The notes under the pieces: generated by a model
What the model was told of the DNA's origin: nothing
Seen by the model: the letters and a program-made list of their open reading frames with translations, nothing else
Databases searched by the model: none
Program-made: the position numbers and the translations under genes
In this document: positions 1 through 13,152 of the stretch, piece by piece
Position numbering within the stretch: position 1 is the first letter of the stretch
How the letters are laid out: the number at the start of each line of letters is the position of its first letter
Assembly: GCF_000315625.1 (NCBI RefSeq)
Contig: NW_005434666.1
Location: 62,001 to 126,000 of the forward strand
Length of the DNA stretch: 64,000 nt
Source: Guillardia theta CCMP2712
Lineage: Eukaryota > Protista > Cryptophyta
Direction: 5' to 3'

Positions 1-245
1 ATGTGAAACCCAAGCACTGACTCGACCGTATCGGACGGTGACTGGCACTGAGTGCAGTGCGCCGGAGACTGAGACCTTAGCAAGACTCAGCCGGCGGCTC
101 AGCGGCCGGGCTAGCCTCGGAAGCCCGGTCCGAGTCCTCTTCCGATTCCGAGTTCGTCAGCACTGTTGCCGTGGCCCGAGTCGAAACCGTACGTAACGGT
201 CGTCTTGGTTACTAGGTGTGTCCGGTACGCTACTGTCGGTGACGT
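1..245. repeat. GC/CpG-rich, palindrome-rich dispersed island
   Basis: Dense ccgg/gtac/gactc/cggccg words and no coherent ORF; same composition as the islands at 5620-6300, 8640-9500, 17800-18215, 39210-40050 and 58580-59270. Confidence 0.45.
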
Positions 246-739
246 TATTCTGGCCGTAAAATTTGCGTAGAGTGCAAATTGCAAATCAGGTTCGGTATCA
301 ACTTTACTATCTGCAAATGTGAATTTCGATGAATTTCAAGTTTCAAAAGTTTCAAATTACACGAGGAAATTACGAAATTGATGGGGGCGATCATGCTTCC
401 GAATGGAGCGAACAGCAGCACCATGGCACAAGGCACGCATGCCTCATGCCTCAGCGGATCAGGGGCCGAATCTCCATTCGATGGAGATGAAGATCCTTGC
501 GCACAAAACTTCCGTATCCTGATGCCGTCATTGAATGAAGATATATGCGTTGCGGACGGTACCATCAAAACAATTACGAGATGAGACAAATGGTATGATC
601 AGCGGCCATCAGTACAATTCGTGCACTCGATCCTTCAAGATGGAGAGGAAACTTCATTCAACATTGGAAAAGCTCATTAAAACAATTAGCAGGAAGGTGC
701 ACATGCAGCAAGGAGTTGTACGACTTCGCAAGTATCATG

Positions 740-810
740 GAGGAGGCTTGACCCTGACACTGTCGCACAGGCCAAACGGCGAGAAGAGAAAAGACAGCGA
801 GAACCAAACC
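740..810. repeat. 71-bp exact dispersed repeat, copy 1 (copy 2 at 58719-58789)
   Basis: gaggaggcttgaccctgacactgtcgcacaggccaaacggcgagaagagaaaagacagcgagaaccaaacc occurs at both positions. Confidence 0.9.
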
Positions 811-2209
811 TATCAGGAGCACTTCAATTTGAGTAAAGAAGACGAGAGCCCTGACACATCTTTACTCAAAGGTAAGTATCAGGAGCCACTTCACGGGAGT
901 CCGATCGTGGTACAAAGCCCAGGTGAGTGTTCAACGGTTGCCGGCCCAAGAGTTTCCGGCGGCCCGGATTCCCTGGAACGATCATGGCACCGTCGGTCAG
1001 CGGCGGTTAATGATGGCAGTCAGGTCACACCGACAGGCCCAGTACAAGGCAGCACTATTATCTCGAGATCAGCTCGGAGGCCATGGGTGGAGGCCGCAGC
1101 GAATGCCCTTTTTTCACAATAAGGAGTGATTTCAACATGCTCTGGTTTCTTTGGTGCCGGATAGCCGCAAGTTCATGGCTGTTGACACCCGATCTTAAAC
1201 AAATCTCCCGTCAGCCGGAGATACCTCTGTCTAGCGAGGCGGGTTTGCCTGGAATATCCTCTAGGCTATGTGCAATAGACACCGTATGCTCTCCGGGGGT
1301 ACTGTGAGGACCGGTGTAAATTTATTATCAAGAAGGGGTGACAGGAGAGATAGGCCAGTAAGACTGAGGGGTGGGGTCTAGAAAAGCCTCAGAGTATCAG
1401 TAGAGTAGTAAAGGTAGTAGTAAAGGTATGGAACGTAGGACATGTGAGGGCCCGAAGAAGGCGCGGCAGCGAGCCATGTTCAACTGGTATAAGGAAAAGG
1501 TACTGAAGCCTTTTACATATATTTTTAAAGATTCCTGATTGTATTGCAAAGCTACCAAATGTAGAGTAAGCGGTACAAATGGTTCGAGTTGGTTTCCAAT
1601 TGCTAAAACCGCCTCGTGACAAGTAGCCGCAGCGCTGGAGGAACCAGAGGAAGCAATTCCCTACACCTACCGGGTCATTTAAAGGGCTCAAAATGGATAT
1701 GATGGGGTGGGGTAGGGTTTTCCCCTGTCACGAGACACCCAGAGCCTGTAAGAGGATACAGCAAAGGCCCTTTCAAAACGTTGTGAAAAAGAAACGATTC
1801 ATTTCCGGAGATCAACGAGATCGACAAGCCACTTCTCCGAGGTGTTAATGCGCGTAATGACACCGGAAGGACCCCACCCTTTTTACTGTCTACAGGGAGG
1901 GGTTCTCGCTGATGAACCCCACTTGACTCAATGATGACAGATTCAATTTAGCAATATAGGGCACAAAAGATCTCTTTTCACCTTCAAAACATTTTTTTGC
2001 ACTTTCTGGAGAGCCGTAACTTGACGAATCGCTGTATGTTCTGACAAAAATAAGTATGATGACATCAAACAGTTCTATTCTGCTGAGATTCGCTGACAGT
2101 TTTTCCCAAACATTGCGATCTGGACTTTTGCCTGCCAATATATCCCTTTGCGCTCTCGTCGTTGGCCCCCCGTCACCCAATCTCCGACAGATCCAACTTG
2201 TTCCTCTCC

Positions 2210-2292
2210 CACTCCTCCTCCCTCTCCTACTCCTCCTACTCCTCCTGCTCCTCCTGCTCCTCCTGCTCCTCCTGCTCCTCCTGCTCCTCCTT
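2210..2292. repeat. (ctcctgctc)n-type simple repeat
   Basis: Tandem 9-mer visible in the sequence. Confidence 0.9.
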
Positions 2293-2373
2293 TCTTGAAA
2301 CCTATCCTATCAGAACACTGCCCTCTCCGAAGCTCCTCGGACTTCAGAGTCAGATTGACGCGCTGCGTGTCGA

Positions 2374-2733
2374 ATGGTAAAAACTATCCAAAGGACAAAA
2401 AAAGACAGCCAGAGGATCATGCAATTGTCAAAGGAATCATTTGAGGATTTTTATGGGTACAAGCCCCTTGTCTCACCAGTGAGTACTGAGGATAACTTGG
2501 TCACGGATTTCGCGCGTTTCCGCGGGTACAACGAAGATCAATCAATCCGTGTTGCTTTCGATTCGATATGCATCGATGACATGAATGCAAAAAGGAAGGA
2601 TCTTTCCATGGAGACATGGGTCGACACTATCAGACGTTTTGATGACTCTTACCCCGCAACGGGCCAAACGTGCATTGCCAAAGCGATATCAAGGCGTGAC
2701 CTCAATGAATCCGTCGGTGCTCGCGTCTGCTGA
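2374..2733 (+). CDS. hypothetical protein (119 aa ORF or exon)
   Basis: ATG-initiated ORF with globular-like composition; no motif recognised. Confidence 0.25.
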   Translation: MVKTIQRTKKDSQRIMQLSKESFEDFYGYKPLVSPVSTEDNLVTDFARFRGYNEDQSIRVAFDSICIDDMNAKRKDLSMETWVDTIRRFDDSYPATGQTCIAKAISRRDLNESVGARVC

Positions 2734-4599
2734 TTCCGCACCCATGTATAGATTCTAAACTTAACATTGGTGGTTTTCCTGTGTAGATTTTGAATTGGTA
2801 TGTTGGCAACTTGCTTTTTCTACCAGTTGTAAAATAGCTAGCTCGTTAAATGTATGGTATTGTATTATAGGATATCTTGTTTTGTAATGAAACACAACAA
2901 CCCTTCTATGACCACCATCAATCAGATTCTTCAAAGATTCGTCTCCAAGAGAAACGTCGCCTCTGTCCGATTGGCATGGAAGCTGCTTTGCTCGTTTACT
3001 GTGTGCTGGACGTACGCAAGTATCTCAGAAAGATAGTCTGGATCATTCCCTCCTTGTATTTGTTAGCCTTTTGCGTGAAGAAGAAAGTTTAAGATCTTAC
3101 TTACAAGTTCACATACGCAGCACTGTCCTAGGAGGATCAAACAACATAAAATTTTAGGATTGAATGAATTCAAAATCTTTTCGAATGTCGCCTGCATATC
3201 ACTTGTAGCTGTGGTTCTCCTCTGCACTGAATTGACCATCTTGAGGGTACAGCAGGTCTGACCATGAATGCATCATCTTTGCAACTTTCCCGTTGCTGCT
3301 CTTCCGCCGAGCTTGTTCTCCGCATTGAAATCACAACTCGTTCGGGGGGGGGGGGGGGGGGGAGGTCGTCGTTTTCGACAGTGAGATTAATTCACACAAC
3401 TTTTTCAGATGTTGAGTACGAAGGCTGTTGAGAACGTTACAGCATCTGATTTGCTGCAACAAGTGATGTTATGATTGGATCTTGCTTGTTCTCCCTGATC
3501 CTAACAACTTGTTCCCTGAACCAGCGGCTCCGAATGCAGAATTTCCATCTCCTCTGTGTGTCGTTTTACTTGAGTCTGAATGATCCGAAGGAGGCAGAGA
3601 GCGTGCGCGAGAGCGCACGGGAGCGAAAAGAAATCAATTGGAATCATCAAAGGCAATCCAAAGCTAGGCAGAGGATAGAGCAACCTACATCATGCCTTAC
3701 CAGGGAAAGATGAGGGCCAAAGCAGAGGCAGCTCAAACACTTAAAACACTTACTGGACGAGCGACAGAATGCACGAGAAGCAGGGCGGCAGGGATCTGCA
3801 CGACGAGCAGCAGCGCAAGGATCCTGCTGAATGGACAGCGACATTCATGCAAGCTCTTTGCTGCCGAAACAGACGAGGGTTCACACTCAGCGTCTACTTA
3901 CGCATCCATCCCTGGCACTAACAGCATCAAGACCATCCGCAGCTACAGCAAAGAAAAGCCTGCAGAGTTCTGATGCTGTTGATCTCTATCGATAGAGTGG
4001 CATTGAGAGGAAAACGCTCGTTTGTTGTTGTGTGTGTGCGTATACGGTGCGAACGAAACGAGGCTTGACAGCGCTAGTCAAACGATTGTCACAAGTAGTG
4101 CAAGGTACGGAATTAGCCCGGCATGTAAGTGGTAGAGGCTGCAGTGAAGCACGACTGCACGGTCTTGGTCCTCAGCCTCCCTCTCTTCTCGTCTACCTGC
4201 TGAGTTTTTCTTGTCTCGTGCTCTGGTGTATCCTTGGTATGGCAGCTTTTCTAAATCGATCCCTTCCTCCTCCCTCCCTCCCTCTAACTCCCTCCTTATC
4301 TTATTCCCTCCTGTATTCCCTCCCTCCATCCATCACTCCATCCTTATCTTTTCCCCTCCCCTCCCCTCCCCTCCTACCTACCTACCTACCTACCTACCTA
4401 CCTACCTTCTTGTGACCTCCCTCCCTACCTACTCTCCCCTTTTCTCCTATTCCCTTCGCCCCTTTCTGCCTGGTTTCGTTTCGAGACTTTTCTTGGTTTG
4501 CCATGTTCTGAAGATTGAAACCCTGCCACAGGTTTTCTGACATCCACACGTGGGGGAGATTGTTTCTAACGATTCTTCTACTGATGTTGTTTGCACATA

Positions 4600-4945
4600 G
4601 GTTTGTTCGGCTATTCGATGTCAGTGGCCAAGATACTTTCCAAACAAACTCTATCGGGCAGGTTGTTCGGGTCACCAATGTTGACGGTAAGCTCGCATCC
4701 TTTCCTGCTCTACTTCACTAAGAGCGATGGTGACAATGACTCTGCTGCTGTTTGAGCAGGCGTGTCTCCTGTAGACCTCTCCTACCCCAACGCCGATCCC
4801 TCGGCATGGCTCAGCGTGGACACGGGCACTGCCGACGTTGCAGCTGGAAGCTCCGACTCGACGGCTGCCAATTCGAGCATGGTGCTTCACGCTACACCAC
4901 TGACCTGATCAGATTCTCCGTCCCTTGACCACGAGCTTGACTTGA
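4600..4945 (+). CDS. 3' exons of a hypothetical multi-exon gene
   Basis: GT-AG spliced chain FVRLFDVSGQDTF...VDG|VSPVDLSYPNAD...SSM|ILRPLTTSLT*; upstream exons uncertain (possibly from ~3400). Confidence 0.3.
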
Positions 4946-4957
4946 TCTCATTCAGCG

Positions 4958-5106
4958 CCCTTTGCTGTTTTCTACTGCTTTGTTATCCCTTTGCTGTTTT
5001 CTACTGCTTTGTTATCCCTTTGCTGTTTTCTACTGCTTTGCTATCCCTTTGCTGTTTTCTACTGCTTTGCTATCCCTTTGCTGTTTTCTACTGCTTTGTT
5101 ATCCCT
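4958..5106. repeat. minisatellite, 5 x 29 bp (ccctttgctgttttctactgctttgYtat)
   Basis: Five head-to-tail copies differing at one position, no spacers. Confidence 0.95.
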
Positions 5107-5619
5107 GTTCCTCGCATCAAAAGGTCATAAGATTGTTTGACTAGGTTGCCGCGTCTTATGGCAGAGGGCTCAGGGGATGCACCCCCGGCTCGACCTGTCG
5201 AAGAGCTCCCGGAGTGCGAATCGTTGACGGTACATGACACATGCTCCCTCCCCGCTCCTAACGTCCTCCTTCGCCATGATAGCTACCCTCGGACTGGATC
5301 CTCCGCCTGCTGCCGATCCTCTAGAAGATCCCCAAGGCTCAGATGCCGCCGATGGCACTAGGTACTCAATCTTCGAGGAAGAAACAGTTCTGAGAGTCTT
5401 GATCGGCAGGTATACATGGCATCCGATCGCTGACAGCGACCCTGGTGAGGAGCAACTTATCGTTAAGTCCCGTCTCTCGCTTGACTGACCGACTTCACGT
5501 GCGAAGATTTCTGGGGTGCTTGTGACCCGTCGGTCCGATCAGCTTGCTATCCTTCGCCTACAGCCTCCGCTTGACATCTCTTGACAAGGCCGCGGGCCTA
5601 CTAGGCTAGTTGAACTCAA

Positions 5620-6300
5620 AGAGTAATCCTTGACACTGCTGGCCGCACTGCACGTTGCCCGCCGGCCCGGGCCCCAGGCGCCGCCACCCTTTGGCAACTC
5701 GGAACTTCGGAACCGTTCAACTTGCCAGTGGCAACGTTCAACCGTTGGCAACGGTCCGATCCGACATGGTCCGACTGCCAGTGCCAGGTCGGTCGGTTGC
5801 CGCCGCCGCCGCACCGGGTTGCGGCAAGCCTGGCCGTAACGGTACGTTACGGTACGCCGGTACGGTAAGAACCGTGAACTGAATAGTAAACACTGCAGTG
5901 ACAACTGACAGTGAGTTGAACTCCGTTGGCCCAGTGGGCCGCGCTCGCCGCGCCGGCCCGCCGCCGACTCGGCCGGTCGGCACTGCCGCACATTAAGTTT
6001 GGCCGCTGCCACGGTGACTCGTGACTCGCCGTGACGCCGCCGAACTTCATCGGATGGCATCATGGCATCATAGCGGCCATACTACTGATAGCCTCGAATT
6101 GCGTCACTTCACTTCTACAATGCCGAGCAGTGCCGGGCGGCCGCCACTGTCACGAGTCGGACTCGGGGGCCGGGCCGGGGACTCAGTCCGATCCGGGACG
6201 GGCTCCGGGCCGCCCGTCCGATCGGACGGTCCGATCGGCCCGCGGCCCCGGGCCCCGGGCCCGGGGCCGGGTCGGTTTGAGTTGGTAGTACGGGTTTCTT
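5620..6300. repeat. GC/CpG-rich palindrome-rich island
   Basis: Composition as at 1-245; only low-complexity ORFs. Confidence 0.5.
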
Positions 6301-7429
6301 GAATGCTACATTAAAACCAAATTTAGCTGGGGTAATTTGTATCTTGCCATAGTCATTATAAGTGTCCCCTCAGTACTATTTGTTTGTACCTGTGACCATT
6401 GACTCTTACCAGAAATATCAAAACTAGTTTTTTAAGTTTGACTGTCAAAATAGTTATAGCTCCAGGGGTTGTCCTTCTGGGGACTATAGCATCGGGGTGG
6501 GGGGGTGGGGGTACTACGGATGAAGGGGCCTGGAACCGGCATTTGAAGGGGGATGGTTGCCCGGAGCACAATTAAGAGGGTAGGGGTAGTCGATAACTTC
6601 TCCCACAGGGGATAGGTAGAGTACTCTTGTATCTGGTATAGAAGGTGCATATAGAAAAGTGAGATGTACAGCAGGTCTGAGACTACCCCCTTGAGTCTTA
6701 TCTTTTGGAAGACACGTGGGGTAGATGGAAATGATATTGCAGGCCGGGGGGTAGTAAATAGACTAATAGCGGATATATCTGCAATTAGGAATAGCTCCTC
6801 CGCCGCGATGGCTACGACCGATGTCAAAGATAGACAATGCAGCGGGGGAGGGGGAGGAGAAGGAGGAAGAGGAAGAGAGGAAGGAAGGAAAGAAGAATGG
6901 ACGAATGCAGGGGTTGAAGAGGTTGACAGAGGTGGTATGAGCTCGACGATGAAAGCAAAAAAAGTCTTTACATAGACGATTGGAGGACAGACAAGAATAT
7001 CGACCAACTTTGATGAACCAAAAGCATTCAGAGATTTGAAAGGAAATTCAAAGACACTTGCTGTTTTCAGGGGTGTTGAGAAATCAATGATTTGAACTTT
7101 ACGCACCTGAGAGGTTCAGGTCTCGATATGAGTCCACTGGTCAAGATACTCGTTGGCGCGGAGATAGCAACACACTAGTTTCATACTAGCAATGCCGCGT
7201 TTGAAACTGAATGTCTTTAATTGCAATCATTCTAACCTGTTTTCTCAGGCTGATATCATATTGGAAGCAAGGAGGGCTCACATCAACTTGAAATCGAAAA
7301 AGTATTTCTCTGAACCGCGCGGGCAGAAACAAGCTCCGCATGAGGTCATGAAGGAGTGATAAGCAGCAGAGCTGTGAATATTTCAATCCATATCAAAGAT
7401 TGGGTGTTATTGACTGCTCCGAACTCACC

Positions 7430-8633
7430 ATGGAGGCATTTCTGGCATCTAAAATGAATTCAGAAGTGGATATCATAACAACAATTATTACACAAATGCG
7501 TGGTGGAAAGGTGGATCACAGAATCAGTTTCGAAGAGATGTGCAAGGCTCTGGACAAAGATGCAGACGATCAAGAATACCTGGTGCAGGTATGCAGTGGA
7601 GGGGCTCGATTGGCTCTCGTCCCTTAGCGTGTCTTGATGCAGGTGGTCGCCTCTGCCATCGAGTCTGCAGTGGAGGCAAACGATAAGAAACCGCACCAGC
7701 TAGACTCGACCTCGTTCATAGCTTCTTTCTACGGGACACCTCCTCCTATATCTGTACGCCTTCACGCTTGTATGTTTGCTTCTATGCTGAACGTCGCCGT
7801 CAGGCACACGCCTACATCAAGAGGATTTACAAATACGGAGGGCTGTCGCCTTGCAACCTTGTGGTTGCTCTGGTCTTGATTGAGAGGCTCTACAGTATCA
7901 TGGGCGAGAACAAGACAGACAAGAAAGTGTACATACCTCTAAGATCTACCTCCTTCCAGGTTGATCGAACCACCGAAGTGTCAACTTCTGGTTTCTAAAG
8001 TGGTGACAGCGAATGTACTTGACCGCCGCCATGATATCCTCAAAGTTCGAGGATGGATATTACTACAGCAATGCCCACTGGGCTGAAGTAGCAGGCATAC
8101 CTCTACCAGAGCTGAACCGGTATACGTCTCCAGGACCTCCCGACAGCAACTGACACCAACTCAGCCTCGAGCTCAAGTTCTTGTTCGGCATTGCCTTCCA
8201 GGTTCAAGTGCATAGGGAGACATATGACATGTGGTGCAGAAAGCTGACAGAGCTTGTGAGGTAAGAAGCTGACAGGGCTTGTGATGCCTTCAAAGGCAGG
8301 ACTGACTCTCATGACAGCGGCGATGGCACGCAGTTGCGATCCCAAGGAATGAATCGCAACCTCATGCGGGCAGCAGCCAAGTGGTCTGCCAGCAAGCCCA
8401 AAGGGTTAGAGTGTAGCCTCGTGCAATCGTACACTCCCACTGACCCAGGAGTCCTGCCGCAGGTACCGTCCATGGCGCGCCGGAGAGCAACCTAGCTCGT
8501 CACAGGTTGGTACCTCTGACCTCCTATGTGATGGCGTTTGGCTGCGAGAGTTGATGGAATGTCTTTTTAGGATCCAAACTCGTTACAGCGGGAGCAGAGC
8601 TGGGAGGGAAGCGAAGCCAGTGCTGAGGATTAG
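7430..8633 (+). CDS. PHO80/P(U)-type cyclin, multi-exon
   Basis: Spliced product has ASFYGTPPPIS|AHAYIKRIYKYGGLSPCNLVVALVLIERL...RMYLTAAMISSKFEDGYYYSNAHWAEVAGIPLPELNR|LELKFLFGIAF, the Pho80/cyclin-U cyclin box; last exon uncertain. Confidence 0.9.
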
Positions 8634-8639
8634 CGGACA

Positions 8640-9500
8640 CCCCCGGTATTTCAACGGTTTTCGTTGGCGGGACAGGTCAACGGGGGGCTAATGGTGTAGA
8701 CATGCTGCCTCGCCGCACTGAGTTCCAGGGACAGCCGAACTCGACCTAACAGGCTGCTCACGGTATCCAGAGTGGAACTTAACCATCGGCTCCGGAGATC
8801 CTCAGGTCCCACAACCCACAGTGACTCGCCAGTCGATTTTGTCGAGTCGTGCGAGCTTTTTTCAAAAGTTTTGATCGGCCAAGCAGCTTCACAGTCTAAA
8901 TAAACCTGAGTTGAGTCACGCTGTGCATACCGTACGGCCTCAGGATGAGCCAAACCGCAACCCCGCACTGCCGTCTACGTGCGGCAGCTCAACGGTAGGC
9001 ACTGGCCGGCCACACTGCAGCTCTACCGTAGTACGGTACTCCTGCCAATTGCCAGTGTCCCCCAAACTTGAAACGTAACTGACACCTTCACTTAACTGCG
9101 CGCGGACCATTCCCCCGCGCCATGTCAGCGATGTCGCTGAGGCCGCCGCCGAAGGCATTAGACGCCGCGCACTGTACCTGAACGCACCCGGCCGCGGCGG
9201 CGGCGATCATCGGCCCGGATCATGCCGCACCATCAGAGCTGGCGATGAGCTGAGCATATCAGGGCCTGGTACTCTTCTCAGTGCTGTCTACCGAGCTTGG
9301 CTGTCAGAGGCTTCAGGCCTGCCGGGTCCGCCGCCGGTCGGAGTAGTGACTGTCCATCGGACGGCCAAGTCACAGAGTCGACTGAGGCCGCCCGGCTGCC
9401 CGGGCCGCTGTCTAAGTTCCGAGCTGCTTGCCGGGTGGAATCGGAATGCGGGGAGGTGGAGGGGGTGAAGGCGGACGCGGCGGAGACAGAAGGAGAGACG
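8640..9500. repeat. GC/CpG-rich island sharing ~110-190 bp with 58806-58975
   Basis: ccccaaactt...accttcacttaactgcgcgc...ccatgYcagcgatgtcgctgNggccgccgccgaagg at ~9056-9160 and ~58806-58905. Confidence 0.7.
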
Positions 9501-9737
9501 GCATGAGAGGTTGTAGCAGCAACCGACGACATGAGAGGTTGTAGCAGCAAGCTGCTCCGAGGGGCCTCTGACTGATCCAACAAGAGCTCCTCTCCCAGGC
9601 TCGAGGGATGCGGTGACTAATGCTTCGGTGTTGAAGATCCTCCTGACCTCCTTCAGGCGTCTTAGCCTTTCCTCCACTGTCTCTCGCTGCCTCCTCTTTG
9701 CCAGACCACGTTTAGGCGTCTGCACCTTCGTCTGCAG

Positions 9738-10472
9738 GTTCCTCCTGGTACAGTCAGCTCAACGAGCGCTCCATGCAGGCGCCCCTGCCTTCGTGTCCCC
9801 AGTCCTGACAAGCAGATTGATATCATACGGGCAGCCTTCTGCCTTCAGACGGTCCCCTTCCCCCAGCCATCGCTACAAGTTGTTCCCTCCCTCACTGTCC
9901 TTATCATCTTTCTCTACTGTGCTCGCTGCCAGCGCTGGCCGGCACACAGAGAATGCAGCAAGAGTTTTCATCGTGGGGGCTGGCATTGGAGGGGTAGAGC
10001 ACCTGACAGTGAGGGCGCAAGAGGTTTTGAAGCGAGCAGACGCTGTGGTGTATGACTCTCTTGCAGACGAGGTCAGACGTGGGGATAAAACTCCTCTTTC
10101 TCCTCCCTCCTCTCCCTCCCCTGATCTCCCCGCCTCCCTTCCTCCCTCCTCTCCTGATTTCTCCTATCCTCTCCTCTCCCGTCACTCTCCTCTCTCTCTC
10201 CCTCCTTCTCTTCTCTCCCTCCTTTTCTCCTTGCATGACTGATGACCTCCCTCCATTTTCCTTCCCCTCTCTTCATCTTTTCCTTACTCTCTCGCTTATG
10301 CTGATCCGTTAGCTTGCAGGAGCTTCTTTCTCTCGTGCCGGCGCATTGCGAGCGATTGTTCGTGGGCAAGAGAGGAGGGATGAAAGAGACCTCGACGAAG
10401 CAGCAAGACATAGATCGGCTTCTAGTCGAGCTTTCTGCTGATCCCTCCAAGAGATGTATCGTTAGACTTAAG
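9738..10472 (+). CDS. uroporphyrinogen-III C-methyltransferase (SUMT/CobA/UPM1-like), N-terminal exons only
   Basis: VFIVGAGIGGVEHLTVRAQEVLKRADAVVYDSLADE|ELLSLVPAHCERLFVGKRGG...QQDIDRLLVEL...IVRLK, preceded by a Ser/Arg-rich transit-like stretch (APAFVSP); start codon and C-terminal exons not found. Confidence 0.85.
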
Positions 10473-10977
10473 GTGAAGATGATGTGCGTGCTGGACAATG
10501 TGATATCTCTCTTGTCCTCCTTGCTTCTCTCTCGCTCCCTTCTGCTTTCTCAACCCAGAAGGGTTGAAAAAGCTTCCCTCCCTCCCTCCCTCCCTCCGGG
10601 CCGTCCCTCCCTCCCTCCCTCCCTCCTCCCTCCAGCCCTCCTCCCTCCTCCCTCTCCTCCATTTTTTTCTAGGTTCGAATTTTTTCCTTTCATAAGGTGG
10701 AACCAAGAGTGCTGAAATCTACGAAACAAATTCGAAAATATCCCCATTTATTTCAACAAGTTTGAAAAATGTATGCGGGACACCATGGGGGGTCCGCCTC
10801 AAGGGCTGCCGCGGCTAGAAAGCATGCTATCTAGAAGGAGGAAGAGGGAGGAGGAGGGAGGGACGGAGGGAGCAGCATGAACACGACGAGGATTGGATAC
10901 TATCGGTGATGGGAGTTGCTCCAGCTGATAGACAGTACTACCAGAGATCCAAGCCTTCCTGGAACTGTTTTCGGTTC
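10379..10977. repeat. ~600-bp near-identical duplication of 13700-14301
   Basis: Same SUMT exon, intron, element and flank; each copy abuts an N-gap. Confidence 0.9.
10669..10834. mobile_element. ~165-bp CTAG-bounded element (copies 13497-13599 partial, 13988-14153), candidate non-autonomous transposon
   Basis: ctag(g)ttcgaattttttcc...ggaaccaagagtgctgaaa...gtccgcctcaagggctgccgcggctagaaagcatgcta.ctag; the 13497 copy is diverged and has a different left flank. Confidence 0.45.
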
Positions 10978-11254
10978 NNNNNNNNNNNNNNNNNNNNNNN
11001 NNNNNNNNNNNNNNNNNNNNNNNNNNNNNNNNNNNNNNNNNNNNNNNNNNNNNNNNNNNNNNNNNNNNNNNNNNNNNNNNNNNNNNNNNNNNNNNNNNNN
11101 NNNNNNNNNNNNNNNNNNNNNNNNNNNNNNNNNNNNNNNNNNNNNNNNNNNNNNNNNNNNNNNNNNNNNNNNNNNNNNNNNNNNNNNTTTTCCCTCCCTC
11201 CCTCCCTCCCTCCCTCCCTCCCTCCCTTCTCCCTCCCTCCCTCCCCTTTCTGCC

Positions 11255-13152
11255 TTAACATGCAGCGCATCTCCCCCTCACCAGTCTTGCCGCACAGGAG
11301 CTCAAGACTGTCCAGCACGTCCGTCCTGCAGAACGTCTGGCGAGGGGTCACGTTGAGAGAACGAGGAGGGCAGGAGACTGACGGTCTTGCCGGTGACCTC
11401 CCTTGCGAGGTTAAAGATGCTGGTGTCTCCTCCGATGCCTATGACTGTGATTCCTGGCTCCCTGCCCATCGTTGTGAGGAACAGAGCGGGGGAGAGGGGG
11501 GAGGAGCAATAGGAAGAAGAAGACAAGCAGGGAACAAGGTAGGAAAGTACAAGAATGGAAACGAGGAGCGGGCAAGCGAAAAGCGGATGTAAAAATAGGA
11601 AGAGGAAGAGGATAGAGGGAGAGGATGGAGGAGGAGGGCAGAGGAAGCAGAGAGACAAGACGAGGCGATGGATGACTGACCTCAACTTAAGTTGCAGCCA
11701 TAAAGGAGGGGAGCCAATCATTCCCAGGAGCGACTTGGTAAGGGACTGAACCAAGAGATGTCAGCTCGCGTGCGATCAGAGCAGGAGACCATGAAGGCGA
11801 ATCAAGAAGATAAGGCAGAAAAGATAAGGAAGAACAAGAGGAAAGGGGAGGGGGGGGGAAGAGGAAGGAGGGAAGGAGGGGGGGAGGGGGAGGGGGAGAG
11901 GGAGAGGGAGAGGGAGAGCAGCAAACATCCAACCTGAGCATCGGCGACAGAGACGGGATTAGCCGAAAACTTCGTCTTGAAATCGCACCCTTGTATCTGT
12001 TGCCACCCTCAGGATCGGTATCCTCTTCCTCCTCCTCAACCTGAGTGATGAGCGTCGAGGTGGCGAGGGCAGAGCCAACAGGACAGTGCCACATCTCAAA
12101 CTTATCCCCGAACTGGCTGGAAATCTGCACAAGATCCAGTAAGATGGAGGGCTAGCAACAAGAGGAGAAGGATAGAAGCGGAGGTGAGCGAAAGCAAGAC
12201 TGAATGAAGGGTGAGGAGAAGGGGTTTCCTCGAACAAAGGAGACTGAAGAAAATTGCGAAAGGGAGGGGAATGGTGTGCAGGCAGGCAGGCAGGCAGTGA
12301 AAGAAGGGAGGAAAGGAGGCAGGGGGGAGGGGCGAGACGGAGGAGGAGGAGGAGGAGGAGGGGGACGAAACTTTCTTGCCTGGAACGATCCTCCTCCAGA
12401 ATCCCACACGATGAGATCCCAGGGTTTGACGTCCCTCCGCAAATTGGTACCAGTCAAGAAGCCTAGCGAACACTCTGTCTCCTGCCGTTGACGCGTGACC
12501 GATTGGAAAGGTAGCCACAAAAGCAGCAGGACCCACCGCATCCACGACCTTGAGCTTCATCTCCAGCTCCTTCGACACCTGCGGCAGACTCGCTCACCTC
12601 AAGGCTGACCGGTCAGGGGACTGAGGTCCTCACCTCTGCGAGGAAGCTGTACCCGTTCTTGGCCCTGCGGAAGGCTGCGGTGGCTACCCCTGCGATCTCC
12701 TCAGCCCCTTGCTGGCTCGCCACGTTCTTGAAGTCAACGAGCACGTGCTTGAGTTCTTGCAAGATCTTGTCGCTAAACTTGTCGGTGGCTGACCTCTCTA
12801 GGTCTTCACCCAGCAGCAGATTCACCTTCTCCTCATGCATCACCTTGACTATGATCGGGTAGTCTTCGGACATCATGTCGACCTCCGCCACTTGAAGCTT
12901 GCAGGCTGCTGACCCGACGTCGATGGCTGCTCGCCTCACGTACCGCTGGTTGGCGCGTTTGTCGATCTCGAGCATCAAGGTCAGGTTCCGTTTGGTTTCG
13001 AGCAAGTTTGCTTCTTTTCTCTTCAAGCTTTCGTCCAACACGTCTAGCCTAGCACTAAAGTCTGACGTCCACACGCCATTTGCACTCACAACGCACAGAG
13101 ACCAGCACAAACAGGACCCGAGAAACAGGCATGTAAGAGAGGAGCTTCCCAT
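11255..13152 (-). CDS. Ppx/GppA family phosphatase (ASKHA fold) with N-terminal signal peptide; 3' end runs into a gap
   Basis: RAAIDVGSAACKLQVAEV, GVATAAFRRAKNG, E.SLGFLT, LIVWDSGGGSFQ and VIGIGGDTSIF motifs across exons; hydrophobic N-terminus MGSSSLTCLFLGSCLCWSLCVVSA. Confidence 0.85.

Noticed and set aside
535-1122. 195-aa plus-strand ORF
   Set aside because: Crosses the shared 71-bp repeat and a GC island; no domain recognised, and the minus strand looks more exon-like
1290-2180. Possible decayed transposon ORF
   Set aside because: No transposase, RT or integrase motif recognised in the frames I translated; cannot be supported
4958-5106. 29-bp repeats resembling a CRISPR array
   Set aside because: No spacers, no cas genes and a eukaryotic context; an ordinary minisatellite
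6432-7106. 224-aa minus-strand ORF
   Set aside because: GTG start, spans low-complexity and GGGT-rich tracts, no recognisable domain
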